A stretch of 52,139 nt of DNA, taken from NCBI GenBank assembly GCA_902464345.1, contig CABQJA010000001.1, positions 1-52,139 on the forward strand, in the 5' to 3' direction. Below, piece after piece: positions 24,666 through 33,667 of this stretch. Within the stretch, counting starts at the first letter, position 1, and each line of letters opens with the position of its first letter. The notes below the pieces were generated by a model. It searched no databases, was not told the DNA's origin, and was given only the letters and a program-made list of their open reading frames with translations. The position numbers were made by a program, and so were the translations under genes. Origin of the DNA: an uncultured Clostridium sp. GTDB taxonomy: Bacteria; Bacillota; Clostridia; Lachnospirales; Lachnospiraceae.

Positions 24666-25618
24666 AAAAGAACATTATGAAAAAGCTTGGTGTATTTGCG
24701 ATATTGTTTGCATTTGGACTGAGTGCATTAGGCAGTGGGGAATCAAATGATAGCACAAAGGAGATTGTATCCGCAAGCGAGGCAGGCAGTGACGCGGCGT
24801 CTGATGCGAGTGCAGATGATTCGGCAGGAGCCGTGGATGGTGCAGAAGAGGATGCGGATCTGTCCATCGAAGAGCAGGTCTTGATCGATCAGGATGGAAT
24901 CAAGGTAACAGCCACCGGAATAGAGCATGACGCATTCATGGGAACCGGTGTGAAGCTGCTTCTTGAGAACAATACGGATAAAAATGTGATGGTAGGCTGC
25001 ACTGCACTGATTGTAAACAACTACATGATCTCAGACCTGTTTGCGTCCGAGGTAGCAGCCGGCAAGAAGGCCAATGACACCATGTATATGATGTCATCCG
25101 ATCTGAAGGCGGCAGGTATTTCCAATATCGGACAGATTGAGATTTATTTCCATGTATATGATTCGGATACATATGATGCACTATTTGATTCCGACGTGGT
25201 TACCATCCAGACATCGAAATACAATGAGATGGATCTGCAGGCAGACGAGGAAGAGAGTGGATATGAGCTGTGGAATCAGGACGGTGTACGCATCGTCGGT
25301 AAATATGTAGATGAAAACAGCTTCTGGGGAACCGGTGTCCTGTTATACATAGAGAATACCTCCGGAAGAAATATCGGAATTAACTGTGACGATATGTCCA
25401 TCAACGGATTTATGGTAGACCCGGTGTTCTCTGCAACGGTATATAACGAGAAGAAATCTTTTGATGACATTACGATTTTCTCATCCGATCTGGAGGAGAA
25501 TGGCATCGATAAGGTCAATGATATCGAGCTGAGCTTCCATATTTATGATGCTGACAGCTGGTCAACTATCTGCGACACCGGTGCCATTACATTCTCTGTG
25601 GATCAGGCGGCGGAGTAA
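24662..25618 (+). CDS. Secreted protein with an internal ~90-aa domain duplication; function unknown
   Basis: The ATGA overlap with the upstream stop indicates coupling. The signal peptide MKKLGVFAILFAFGLSALG has no lipobox Cys. There are two homologous halves (GTGVKLLLENNTDKNV... and GTGVLLYIENTSGRNI...). Confidence 0.7.
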   Translation: MKKNIMKKLGVFAILFAFGLSALGSGESNDSTKEIVSASEAGSDAASDASADDSAGAVDGAEEDADLSIEEQVLIDQDGIKVTATGIEHDAFMGTGVKLLLENNTDKNVMVGCTALIVNNYMISDLFASEVAAGKKANDTMYMMSSDLKAAGISNIGQIEIYFHVYDSDTYDALFDSDVVTIQTSKYNEMDLQADEEESGYELWNQDGVRIVGKYVDENSFWGTGVLLYIENTSGRNIGINCDDMSINGFMVDPVFSATVYNEKKSFDDITIFSSDLEENGIDKVNDIELSFHIYDADSWSTICDTGAITFSVDQAAE

Positions 25619-25663
25619 AGTGATGGCTCTTGAAGAAAGCCTGTAAAAAATAAATCCATAAAC

Positions 25664-25702
25664 AAAAAAAGCCGGACCTCAACTATCGGGTCCGGCTTTT
25701 TT
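25664..25702. terminator. Bidirectional intrinsic terminator between convergent genes
   Basis: AAAAAAA-GCCGGACC-loop-GGTCCGGC-TTTTTT. The perfect GC-rich stem is flanked by A and T runs. Confidence 0.85.
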
Positions 25703-25706
25703 CTAT

Positions 25707-26942
25707 CTACTCATATCGTTCATCAATAACACGTTTTGACTTCTTTTCGCTTCGTGGCAGGACGCCCAGTTCAACGACCTTGACTAACGGTGTGAAGCCG
25801 ATCTTGCTCTTAACAGTGGCGGCAATGTGGTCACTTAATTCCAGGAAGTCGACACTGCCGTTGGTCTCTACATAGATACGCAGAGTATCCTTGCCATCCA
25901 GATGGGAAATACGGATCTGGTACTCACTGGATACCTCAGGGAACTGACGCAGAATCTCTTCAATCTGGCTAGGGAATACATTGACACCCTTAATCTTCAT
26001 CATATCATCGGTACGGCCCATAATGACATCCAGACGAGGGAAGTGACTGCCGCAAGGACATTCACCGGGAATGATCCGGGACAGGTCATGTGTACGGTAA
26101 CGGATCAGAGGTGCACCCTCCTTTACCAGCGTGGTGATAACGATCTCACCCATCTCGCCGTCCGGCACCGGAGCACCTGTTTCAGGATCAATGATCTCAA
26201 TGTAAACGTAATCATCCCAATAGTGCATGCCGCAGTCGTGCTGGCAGCTGATGCCGATGCCGGGACCGTAGATCTCGGTCAGACCATAAATATCATATAA
26301 TTCAATGCCAAGCTCGGAAGATATTCTCTGACGCATCTTGGCACCCCAGCGCTCCGAACCGATGACACCCTTCTTCAGATGGATCTTGTCCTTGATACCA
26401 CGTTTCTCGATTTCTTCTGCCAGTAGCAATGCATAAGAAGAAGTAGAGCATAGAACAGAGCTCTTCATATCCATCATCATCTGCAGCTGCTTATCGGTAT
26501 TGCCGGGACCCATTGGGATAACCATGGCACCGAGCTTTTCGGCACCGTTCTGGAATCCGATACCTGCAGTCCAGAGACCGTAGCCCGGAGTTACCTGAAT
26601 ACGATCCAGATTGGTAATGCCCGCCATCTCATAGCAACGCTTGAACATGATTGCCCAGTCGTCAACATCCTTGGCAGTATAAGGAATAATGATCGGGAGA
26701 CCGGTGGTGCCGGAGGAAGAATGGATCCGGACGATTTTCTCTTCAGGAGCGGTCATTAATCCGAGCGGATATGCTTCCCGTAAATCCTTTTTCTCAGAGA
26801 ATGGGAGCTGTTCAAAATCCTCTGCAGAAGAAATCTTTGAAATGCCTGCTTCATGCAGCTTCTTTCCATAGAAGCTGTCAGCAGAAATCAGAGCTTCAAT
26901 CTGCTTATTAACATGTGCAATTTGTGTTTCTGTAATCTTCAT
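25707..26942 (-). CDS. paaK: Phenylacetate-CoA ligase family protein (PaaK-like adenylate-forming enzyme)
   Basis: Motifs HSSSGTTGLPI, YGLTE and KIKGVNVFPSQIE. It lies downstream of iorAB. Confidence 0.85.
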   Translation of the reverse strand: MKITETQIAHVNKQIEALISADSFYGKKLHEAGISKISSAEDFEQLPFSEKKDLREAYPLGLMTAPEEKIVRIHSSSGTTGLPIIIPYTAKDVDDWAIMFKRCYEMAGITNLDRIQVTPGYGLWTAGIGFQNGAEKLGAMVIPMGPGNTDKQLQMMMDMKSSVLCSTSSYALLLAEEIEKRGIKDKIHLKKGVIGSERWGAKMRQRISSELGIELYDIYGLTEIYGPGIGISCQHDCGMHYWDDYVYIEIIDPETGAPVPDGEMGEIVITTLVKEGAPLIRYRTHDLSRIIPGECPCGSHFPRLDVIMGRTDDMMKIKGVNVFPSQIEEILRQFPEVSSEYQIRISHLDGKDTLRIYVETNGSVDFLELSDHIAATVKSKIGFTPLVKVVELGVLPRSEKKSKRVIDERYE

Positions 26943-27002
26943 AATGCGTCCTTTCTGTTATGTTATTTTATAATAAATGTACTTTTATGCGATATTGTTT
27001 GC

Positions 27003-27074
27003 TGCAATAATGCTATTTACTGCAATAGCGTCATCGGTTGTAATAATGCTATCTGCGGCAATAGCATTGTCTGT
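27003..27074 (-). repeat. Two copies of a 36-nt tandem repeat, each folding into a stem-loop in the iorB-paaK intercistronic RNA
   Basis: In + strand coordinates: GCTATT(27012-17)/AATAGC(27024-29), and AATGCTAT(27045-52)/ATAGCATT(27061-68). The two 36-mers match at about 28 of 36 positions. Confidence 0.8.
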
Positions 27075-27085
27075 TGAAATATTGC

Positions 27086-27658
27086 TTACCGGCTGTAATC
27101 GAGTGCTCGGAAGTTTAACTCATGGAACCGTTCCGGCAAGGTACGCCGGATGGCATCCTTGATATCCTCTTCGGTAAGACCGATCTCTCCGGTACGGATA
27201 GCGGCACCGAGCAGAACCATATTTAATACTTTAGCAGAGCCAATCGCCCGGCAGGCGGCATCGCCGTCAACCAGAGTCAGGTTCGGCACCTGGGCCTTCA
27301 GGTATTCGATCATTTCCTCACTATGGTAGGAGGCACCCTGCAATGTGGCAGTTACCGGCTGGATGGCACGGATGCTGACAACTACGTGGCCACCCTTGCG
27401 TAAGAATGGAAGCATACGGACAGTTTCTCCCGGTTCAAAGCCGAGGATCATGTCTGCTGTTCCGCTTTGGATCATTGGAGAATAGAGATTATCACCTAAG
27501 CGCAGATGGCTGAAAACACTTCCGCCACGCTGTGCCATACCAATCGTTTCTGCACTCATAACCGAAATGTTTTTCGCCATGGCGGCTGAGGCAATCAGCT
27601 TGGAAGCAAGCACGGTTCCCTGACCGCCGACTCCGCACAACAGAATATTCTTATTCAT
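27086..27658 (-). CDS. iorB: Indolepyruvate:ferredoxin oxidoreductase subunit beta
   Basis: N-terminus MNKNILLCGVGGQGTVLAS. Its ATG overlaps the iorA stop (ATGAATAA). The upstream extension in the ORF track is spurious. Confidence 0.85.
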   Translation of the reverse strand: MNKNILLCGVGGQGTVLASKLIASAAMAKNISVMSAETIGMAQRGGSVFSHLRLGDNLYSPMIQSGTADMILGFEPGETVRMLPFLRKGGHVVVSIRAIQPVTATLQGASYHSEEMIEYLKAQVPNLTLVDGDAACRAIGSAKVLNMVLLGAAIRTGEIGLTEEDIKDAIRRTLPERFHELNFRALDYSR

Positions 27659-29474
27659 GATCGTCACCTCCTGTAATCGCATGTACCGGGCATACCTGGC
27701 TACATAATGTACAGCCGGTGCAGAGAGAGGAATCAATCTGTACCTGACCGTCATGGATCACAATGGCAGGACAGCCTAATTCCCGGATACATTTCTTGCA
27801 GTTGATACAGGTATCTGTTTCAACGTGCAGCGGTTTATCCGGCTTTGTGATCGCGATGCAAGGGGACTTGAAGATAATCGCCTTGACACCCGGTTCTGCA
27901 GCAACCCGTTTCACGCAGTCAACGGAAGCCTCCAGATTCAAAGGATTCATGGTCTCTACGGTAGTCAGGCCGATTCCGCGCAGAACGGCTTCAATGCTGA
28001 CCTTGGCAACGATTTCACCCATCATGGTGTGACCGGTGCCGGGATGCGGCTGGTGTCCGGTCATTGCAGTTGTGGAATTATCCAGTACGATCAGAACCAT
28101 ATTAGCCTGATTATAGACTGCATTTACAACACCGGTGATCGCAGATGCGAAGAAGGTGGAATCACCGACGAAGGCGAAACAGGTGGTATCCGGTTCTATC
28201 CGGCCGACACCCTGTGCAATATTTAATCCGGCACCCATGCACAGACAGGTATCAACCATATCTAACGGCATGGCATTGCCGAGTGTGTAGCAGCCGATAT
28301 CACCGCAGAAAATAGTCTTTTTGCCCTGCATAGCCTTCTTTACGGCATAGAAGGAAGCACGATGAGGACAGCCGCTGCATAAAACAGGCGGGCGGACCGG
28401 AAGCTCCGGTGGAGTCGGAAGAGTCTCTGTTTCCGGAAGCGGAAGCTCCAGAAAGCGGTAGAGACAGGCACTTACACTGTCACGGGTGTTTTCACCTGCA
28501 TTTGCTACATGATGTGTCAGCTTGCCGAGGATCTTCACAGGCAGCTGATACTTTCCACAGATGTAAGTAAGCTCACGTTCGATAACCGGATCCAGTTCTT
28601 CGATACACAGAACCTCATCCAGCCCCTCCAGAAACCGGACAGCCAGCTGCTCCGGAAACGGATGCGGAGTGGCGACCTTCAGAGTCCGGTACATACCGAT
28701 CGTCTGCATGGTTTCCATGGTATATGTAAAGCTGATGCCACCGGTTGCGATTCCTCTGCGGACATCGGCATGCTCCGGTGCGGCAGGCAGGATCTGATTT
28801 CTGGAATAAGAGGAGAAATCTTCTGCCAGAGTCACATTCCGGGCCTCGATCTTCTGATGGTTGGCATAGGATAGACGTGGAAAAATGACCCAGCGCTTAG
28901 AGTCCTTGATAAAACCATCCGGTGTATGGATCTGATATTCGGATTCATCCTTTACGGTAATGGAAGCGTAGCCGTGGCAGACGCGAGTAGTCGGCCGGAG
29001 GAAGACCGGTGTTCCGTATTTCTCGGAATACTCATAAGCCTCCTGTACCATCTCATAGGCTTCCTGTGCGGATGACGGATCAAAGCACGGGAGCTTGGAA
29101 AAGGCGGCAAAGTGTCGGGTGTCCTGCTCGGTCTGAGAGGAGATCGGACCCGGATCATCCGCTACCAGAATGATCATACCGCCTTTGATACCGACATATT
29201 CAAGGCTCATTAAAGGATCGGAAGCGACATTTAATCCGACCTGTTTCATAGTAACCATAGTTCTGGCACCACTGTAGGAGGCTCCGGCAGCCAGCTCAAG
29301 AGCGGCTTTCTCATTAACCGACCATTCTACATATGTGTGCTCCGGGCGATGCTTGGCAATGGTTTCCAATACTTCTGTGGATGGTGTGCCCGGATATCCG
29401 GCCACCAGATTGACTCCGGAAGCAATGGCGCCCATAGCAATGGCAGCATTTCCCATTAAAAATTCGTTGTGCAT
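27651..29474 (-). CDS. iorA: Indolepyruvate:ferredoxin oxidoreductase subunit alpha (TPP- and 4Fe-4S-binding)
   Basis: N-terminus GNAAIAMGAIASGVNLVAGYPGTPSTE. TPP motif GDSTFFASA...N. Two C-terminal CxxCxxCxxxCP ferredoxin motifs. Confidence 0.9.
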   Translation of the reverse strand: MHNEFLMGNAAIAMGAIASGVNLVAGYPGTPSTEVLETIAKHRPEHTYVEWSVNEKAALELAAGASYSGARTMVTMKQVGLNVASDPLMSLEYVGIKGGMIILVADDPGPISSQTEQDTRHFAAFSKLPCFDPSSAQEAYEMVQEAYEYSEKYGTPVFLRPTTRVCHGYASITVKDESEYQIHTPDGFIKDSKRWVIFPRLSYANHQKIEARNVTLAEDFSSYSRNQILPAAPEHADVRRGIATGGISFTYTMETMQTIGMYRTLKVATPHPFPEQLAVRFLEGLDEVLCIEELDPVIERELTYICGKYQLPVKILGKLTHHVANAGENTRDSVSACLYRFLELPLPETETLPTPPELPVRPPVLCSGCPHRASFYAVKKAMQGKKTIFCGDIGCYTLGNAMPLDMVDTCLCMGAGLNIAQGVGRIEPDTTCFAFVGDSTFFASAITGVVNAVYNQANMVLIVLDNSTTAMTGHQPHPGTGHTMMGEIVAKVSIEAVLRGIGLTTVETMNPLNLEASVDCVKRVAAEPGVKAIIFKSPCIAITKPDKPLHVETDTCINCKKCIRELGCPAIVIHDGQVQIDSSLCTGCTLCSQVCPVHAITGGDDHE

Positions 29475-29541
29475 AACTTCACCTCTGGAATTGAAAAATT
29501 AAAACATACTGATAAAATTATACCATCATATGAAAGATGAA

Positions 29542-30408
29542 TCAACTGAGTCCGTTGCTCTGTTTCCGGTATTGGGACGGAGAACAGCCCTTCAGTTTGT
29601 GAAAGAGCCGGCTGAAATACAACGGATTATCGTAACCGACGATTTCCGCAATTTCATTTATGGAATAATTCGTAGTCTCCAGCAGGATCTGTGCATTGGT
29701 GATACGAAGCGTGGTGAGGAATTGCAGTGGTGTGGAGCCGAAATGTATCCGGAAGCTACGGATAAACCAGCTGATGCTCATTCCTCTGGAGGCGGCATAG
29801 GCTTCAATACTGATCGACCGGTGATAATTCTCATTAAAGTAAGAAGCAGCCAGCTCCATTTCGCGTTCCAGGTACTCGTTTTTCGGTATCCGTTCTCTGG
29901 TAATTTCCCGGTGCATGGTGATCAGCAGCTGGGTAAACAGCAGAGAGAGCATCTCTTTATAATCCGGCTGACAGCGTTCCAGCTCCAGAATGATCTGCTT
30001 GAAAATACGTTCATATTCGAGTGAAGTGCCGACCCGGAAGATATGCTGATCATCCCGGAGACCGTATCGGCGCAGGATGTTCTTCACATCATAGCCGGTG
30101 AAATGGATCCAGTAGACCTCCGGCTTATCTGCACCATAATATTCATATTTCTGCAGCTCCTTCGGACGAAACAGGACGATGTTTCCGGCAGCGACAATAG
30201 TCTCATTCTCTACCGTATCGAAATGAAAATGACCGACACCGGAGGTGACATAGATGATCTGATAGTCCAGGCGGCCTTTTGGACGGTAGGTGGGTAGCTT
30301 AGGCTGGGTATCCAGCCGGTAATTGCCACAGCTGCGGATGCTTAAGGGCTGGCTTTTATCTTTGACATTCGTGAGTGCATCGTGAATATAACCTGTGTTC
30401 ATGTACAT
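29542..30408 (-). CDS. AraC-family transcriptional regulator (cupin sensor domain plus HTH)
   Basis: AAGGAGGG SD 7 nt upstream of ATG at 30408. The C-terminal dual HTH includes INEIAEIVGYDNPLYFSRLFHKLKGCSPSQYR. It is divergent from lacZ. Confidence 0.85.
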   Translation of the reverse strand: MYMNTGYIHDALTNVKDKSQPLSIRSCGNYRLDTQPKLPTYRPKGRLDYQIIYVTSGVGHFHFDTVENETIVAAGNIVLFRPKELQKYEYYGADKPEVYWIHFTGYDVKNILRRYGLRDDQHIFRVGTSLEYERIFKQIILELERCQPDYKEMLSLLFTQLLITMHREITRERIPKNEYLEREMELAASYFNENYHRSISIEAYAASRGMSISWFIRSFRIHFGSTPLQFLTTLRITNAQILLETTNYSINEIAEIVGYDNPLYFSRLFHKLKGCSPSQYRKQSNGLS

Positions 30409-30595
30409 AACAGAACCCTCCTTATAAAGAAAGTATATATAAATGAAGTGTATCATTTTGTGCATATTTTGTCTATGAATATTCATGGATTTAAAAGTAG
30501 AAAAACGCTATGATAAATATACAAACAAACGAAATCGACCGATAGAAAACAAAATTACAAATAAAGCAAAAAAGACATAAAGAGGAGGAATTATT

Positions 30596-33500
30596 ATGAT
30601 CGTGCCACAGTACTATGAAGATCTTCATATCCTGCATGAAAATACCATGCCGGCCAGAGCCTATTATGTGCCGGCGTCCGATCGGATGGATGATCCGGTG
30701 GAGCACAGGGAGCAGTCGGACCGGCTGCAGCTGTTAAACGGTAACTGGAGATTCCGGTATTTTAAGAGCATTTATGATGTAAATGAAGAATTTTACAACA
30801 TGGAATATGATTGCTCCGGATTTGATGAGATTGCGGTGCCGGGTACCTGGCAGATGGCAGGTTATGATACCCATCAGTATACGAATATCCGGTATCCGTT
30901 TCCATTTGATCCTCCGTATGTACCGCAGGATGTGCCGTGTGGGGCATATGTGCACACGTTTGATTATCAGCAGGAGGAGAAGGCGCCGAAAGTATTTCTG
31001 AATTTTGAAGGAGTGGACAGCTGCTTCTATGTGTGGCTGAACGGTGTGTATGTAGGATACAGTCAGGTAGCACATGGAATGAGTGAGTTCGATGTGACGG
31101 CACAGATCAGGGAGGGTCGGAATACCCTTGCCGTCCTGAATCTGAAGTGGTGCGATGGCTCTTACCTGGAAGATCAGGATAAGTTCCGGATGAGCGGTAT
31201 TTTCCGCGATGTCTATCTGCTGAAACGCCCAGCGCAGGCAATCCGCGATTACCATATCACTACAGAGATTATCGGAGGCACAGAGAAAACGGCAATCGTT
31301 CGATTGGAGCTGATGATGGCTCAGGCTATGGCAGAACCACAGGTAGAGATTCGGATCGAGAATGCAGCCGGCAGAGTGGCAGCAGAGGGGCGGTCGGATA
31401 CACATGGAGTTGCGGAACTGAAGATAACGGATCCGCAGCTCTGGAATACAGAGAACCCGTATCTGTATACCGTAATTCTTCGGACAGAGGCAGAGACGAT
31501 CACAGAACGGCTGGCATTACGGACGATCGAGATCCGGGACGGTGTGATCTATCTGAACGGACAGAAGATAAAATTCCGGGGCGTGAACCGGCATGATTCG
31601 GATCCGTATACCGGACCGGTCACTAATGTGGAACAGATCCGGACGGATTTAAGACTGATGAAGCAGCATAATCTGAATGCGATCCGCTCCAGTCATTATC
31701 CGAATGCACCGTACTTTTATCAGATGTGCGAGAAATACGGATTTCTGGTAATTAACGAGGCTGATATTGAGGCACACGGACCATTTATGCTGTATCGGCA
31801 GGAGGATACGGAACAGAATCGGTTTCAGCGCTGGAATGAAGCAATCGCAGATAATCCGGCATGGGAGGCTGCAATCCTTGACCGGGTACAGCAGATGGTA
31901 GAAAGAGATAAGAACCGGTTCTGTATTGTAGTCTGGTCCATGGGCAATGAGAGCGCATATGGTTGTAATTTTGAGAAGGCTCTGGCATGGACAAAGGCAT
32001 TCGATCCTTACCGGATCACACAGTATGAGAGTGCGAGATATCGTAATGATAAGAAGACTTATAGCTATGAGAATCTGGATCTATACAGCCGGATGTACCC
32101 GGCATTATCGGAGATCCGGGAGTATCTGGACCGGGGGGAAAGGAAGCCGTTTCTGCTGGTGGAGTACTGCCACAGCATGGGGAACGGACCGGGAGATCTG
32201 GAGGACTATTTCCGGATGATTCAATCAGATGACCGGATGTGCGGTGGTTTCGTGTGGGAATGGTGTGACCATGCGATCGCTGAAGGGTACAGTGAGAATG
32301 GAAAGGTCCGGTATCTCTATGGCGGAGATCATGGTGAGAGCATCCATGACGGGAACTTCTGCGTGGACGGTCTGGTATATCCGGATCGGCGGCCGCATAC
32401 CGGACTGTTGGAATATAAGAATGTCTATCGTCCGGCAAGAGTTGTCACATATGAGCAGGAGAGCGGCAGACTGGTACTGCACAACTATATGGATTTCGAT
32501 AACCTGGAGGATTATGCAGAGATAGCGTATGAGGTGACACTGGACGGAGTCGTGATCCGGTCAGGAAAGCTGGAAACTATATCCGTGGCACCGCACCGGG
32601 ACGGACAGACGCAGTTAAGGCCGGAGGTGCCACAGGCAGGGCAGGTGTATCTGAGGCTGATCTATCGGTTAAAGAAGCGGATTCCATTGATGGAGCCGGG
32701 GCAGATTCTGGGCTTTGATGAGATCCGGCTGCAGAATGCGGATGACAGGAATCAGAGAGCGGATAGACGGATAGCAGAACTGAATCAGGAAACAACGGAG
32801 ATGAATGTTCGGGAGACCGACCGCTCCATTGTGCTGGAATCGGATGCTTTCACATATGAGATCGATAAACGAACCGGTATGTTTACGAAGTTGCAGGTCG
32901 GCGGCAGGGATTGTCTGACACATCCGATGGAACTCAATATCTGGCGGGCACCGACAGACAATGACATGTACAGAAAGGAAATCTGGAGAAAGGCACATTA
33001 TCATGAGGCGGCAGTCCGGGCATATCAGACGGAGATCCGACGAGAGGAAGGGAGTGTCCTTGTTCATAGCACAGCGGCCATTGTAGCACCGACGGTACAG
33101 CGGATCATGGATGTGGAGCTTACATGGGAAATTGCACCGGATGGAAAGATCCATGCTCACATTACCGGAAATAAGAATCCGGAATTTCCGGAGCTGCCAC
33201 GGTTCGGTGTGCGGATGTTCCTGAATAAGCAGGCGGACCGGGTGACTTACTATGGCATGGGGCCACAGGAGAGCTATTGTGATAAGCATCAGGGTGCCGG
33301 TCATGGCTGGTACCGGGTAAGTGTAGAAGAAATGCATGAGGATTATATCCGGCCGCAGGAAAATGGCAGTCATTATGACTGTGATTATGTGGAGGTTGCA
33401 GACGGACAGACCGGACTGGCAGCGACCGGCAGGGCATTTTCTGTAAATGTTTCACCATATACACAGGAGGAGCTGGAGCGGACAGCCCATAACTATGAGC

Positions 33501-33667
33501 TGACAGAGGCAGACAGTACCATACTCTGTCTGGACTATGCATTAAACGGAATCGGTTCAAACAGCTGCGGTCCGGAGGTGGCAGAGCCATACCGGCTGGA
33601 TGGAGAGAATATTGATTTCCGGTTTATATTGGTTCCGTTTAATCGGGAAAGGAGATGGAAGGATTGA
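30596..33667 (+). CDS. lacZ: Beta-galactosidase, GH2 family
   Basis: 1023 aa. Features: RxSHYP (AIRSSHYPN), WSMGNES (acid/base region), EYCHSMGN (nucleophile region), and a C-terminal small-chain domain. Confidence 0.9.
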   Translation: MIVPQYYEDLHILHENTMPARAYYVPASDRMDDPVEHREQSDRLQLLNGNWRFRYFKSIYDVNEEFYNMEYDCSGFDEIAVPGTWQMAGYDTHQYTNIRYPFPFDPPYVPQDVPCGAYVHTFDYQQEEKAPKVFLNFEGVDSCFYVWLNGVYVGYSQVAHGMSEFDVTAQIREGRNTLAVLNLKWCDGSYLEDQDKFRMSGIFRDVYLLKRPAQAIRDYHITTEIIGGTEKTAIVRLELMMAQAMAEPQVEIRIENAAGRVAAEGRSDTHGVAELKITDPQLWNTENPYLYTVILRTEAETITERLALRTIEIRDGVIYLNGQKIKFRGVNRHDSDPYTGPVTNVEQIRTDLRLMKQHNLNAIRSSHYPNAPYFYQMCEKYGFLVINEADIEAHGPFMLYRQEDTEQNRFQRWNEAIADNPAWEAAILDRVQQMVERDKNRFCIVVWSMGNESAYGCNFEKALAWTKAFDPYRITQYESARYRNDKKTYSYENLDLYSRMYPALSEIREYLDRGERKPFLLVEYCHSMGNGPGDLEDYFRMIQSDDRMCGGFVWEWCDHAIAEGYSENGKVRYLYGGDHGESIHDGNFCVDGLVYPDRRPHTGLLEYKNVYRPARVVTYEQESGRLVLHNYMDFDNLEDYAEIAYEVTLDGVVIRSGKLETISVAPHRDGQTQLRPEVPQAGQVYLRLIYRLKKRIPLMEPGQILGFDEIRLQNADDRNQRADRRIAELNQETTEMNVRETDRSIVLESDAFTYEIDKRTGMFTKLQVGGRDCLTHPMELNIWRAPTDNDMYRKEIWRKAHYHEAAVRAYQTEIRREEGSVLVHSTAAIVAPTVQRIMDVELTWEIAPDGKIHAHITGNKNPEFPELPRFGVRMFLNKQADRVTYYGMGPQESYCDKHQGAGHGWYRVSVEEMHEDYIRPQENGSHYDCDYVEVADGQTGLAATGRAFSVNVSPYTQEELERTAHNYELTEADSTILCLDYALNGIGSNSCGPEVAEPYRLDGENIDFRFILVPFNRERRWKD

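Noticed and set aside
26853-27162. Two small + strand ORFs across the paaK-iorB spacer. One has a Cys-rich tail (..CCNNAIYCNSVIGCNNAICGNSIVC, RiPP-like). The other is a hydrophobic 61-aa peptide resembling a type I toxin.
   Set aside because: Both are antisense to the 5' end of paaK or the 3' end of iorB. Neither has a Shine-Dalgarno or a convincing promoter. Their repetitive sequence follows directly from the 36-nt hairpin repeat. They would be worth revisiting only if antisense transcription is observed.
30487-30595. Catabolite-responsive element (cre) upstream of lacZ
   Set aside because: The best candidate, around AGAAAAACGCTATGA, does not fit the TGWAANCGNTNWCA consensus at the outer positions.
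30734-33373. Long antisense ORFs inside lacZ (223 aa and 234 aa)
   Set aside because: These are shadow ORFs opposite a confidently identified GH2 gene. Their composition is biased (Cys/His/Arg/Pro-rich) and they have no SD.
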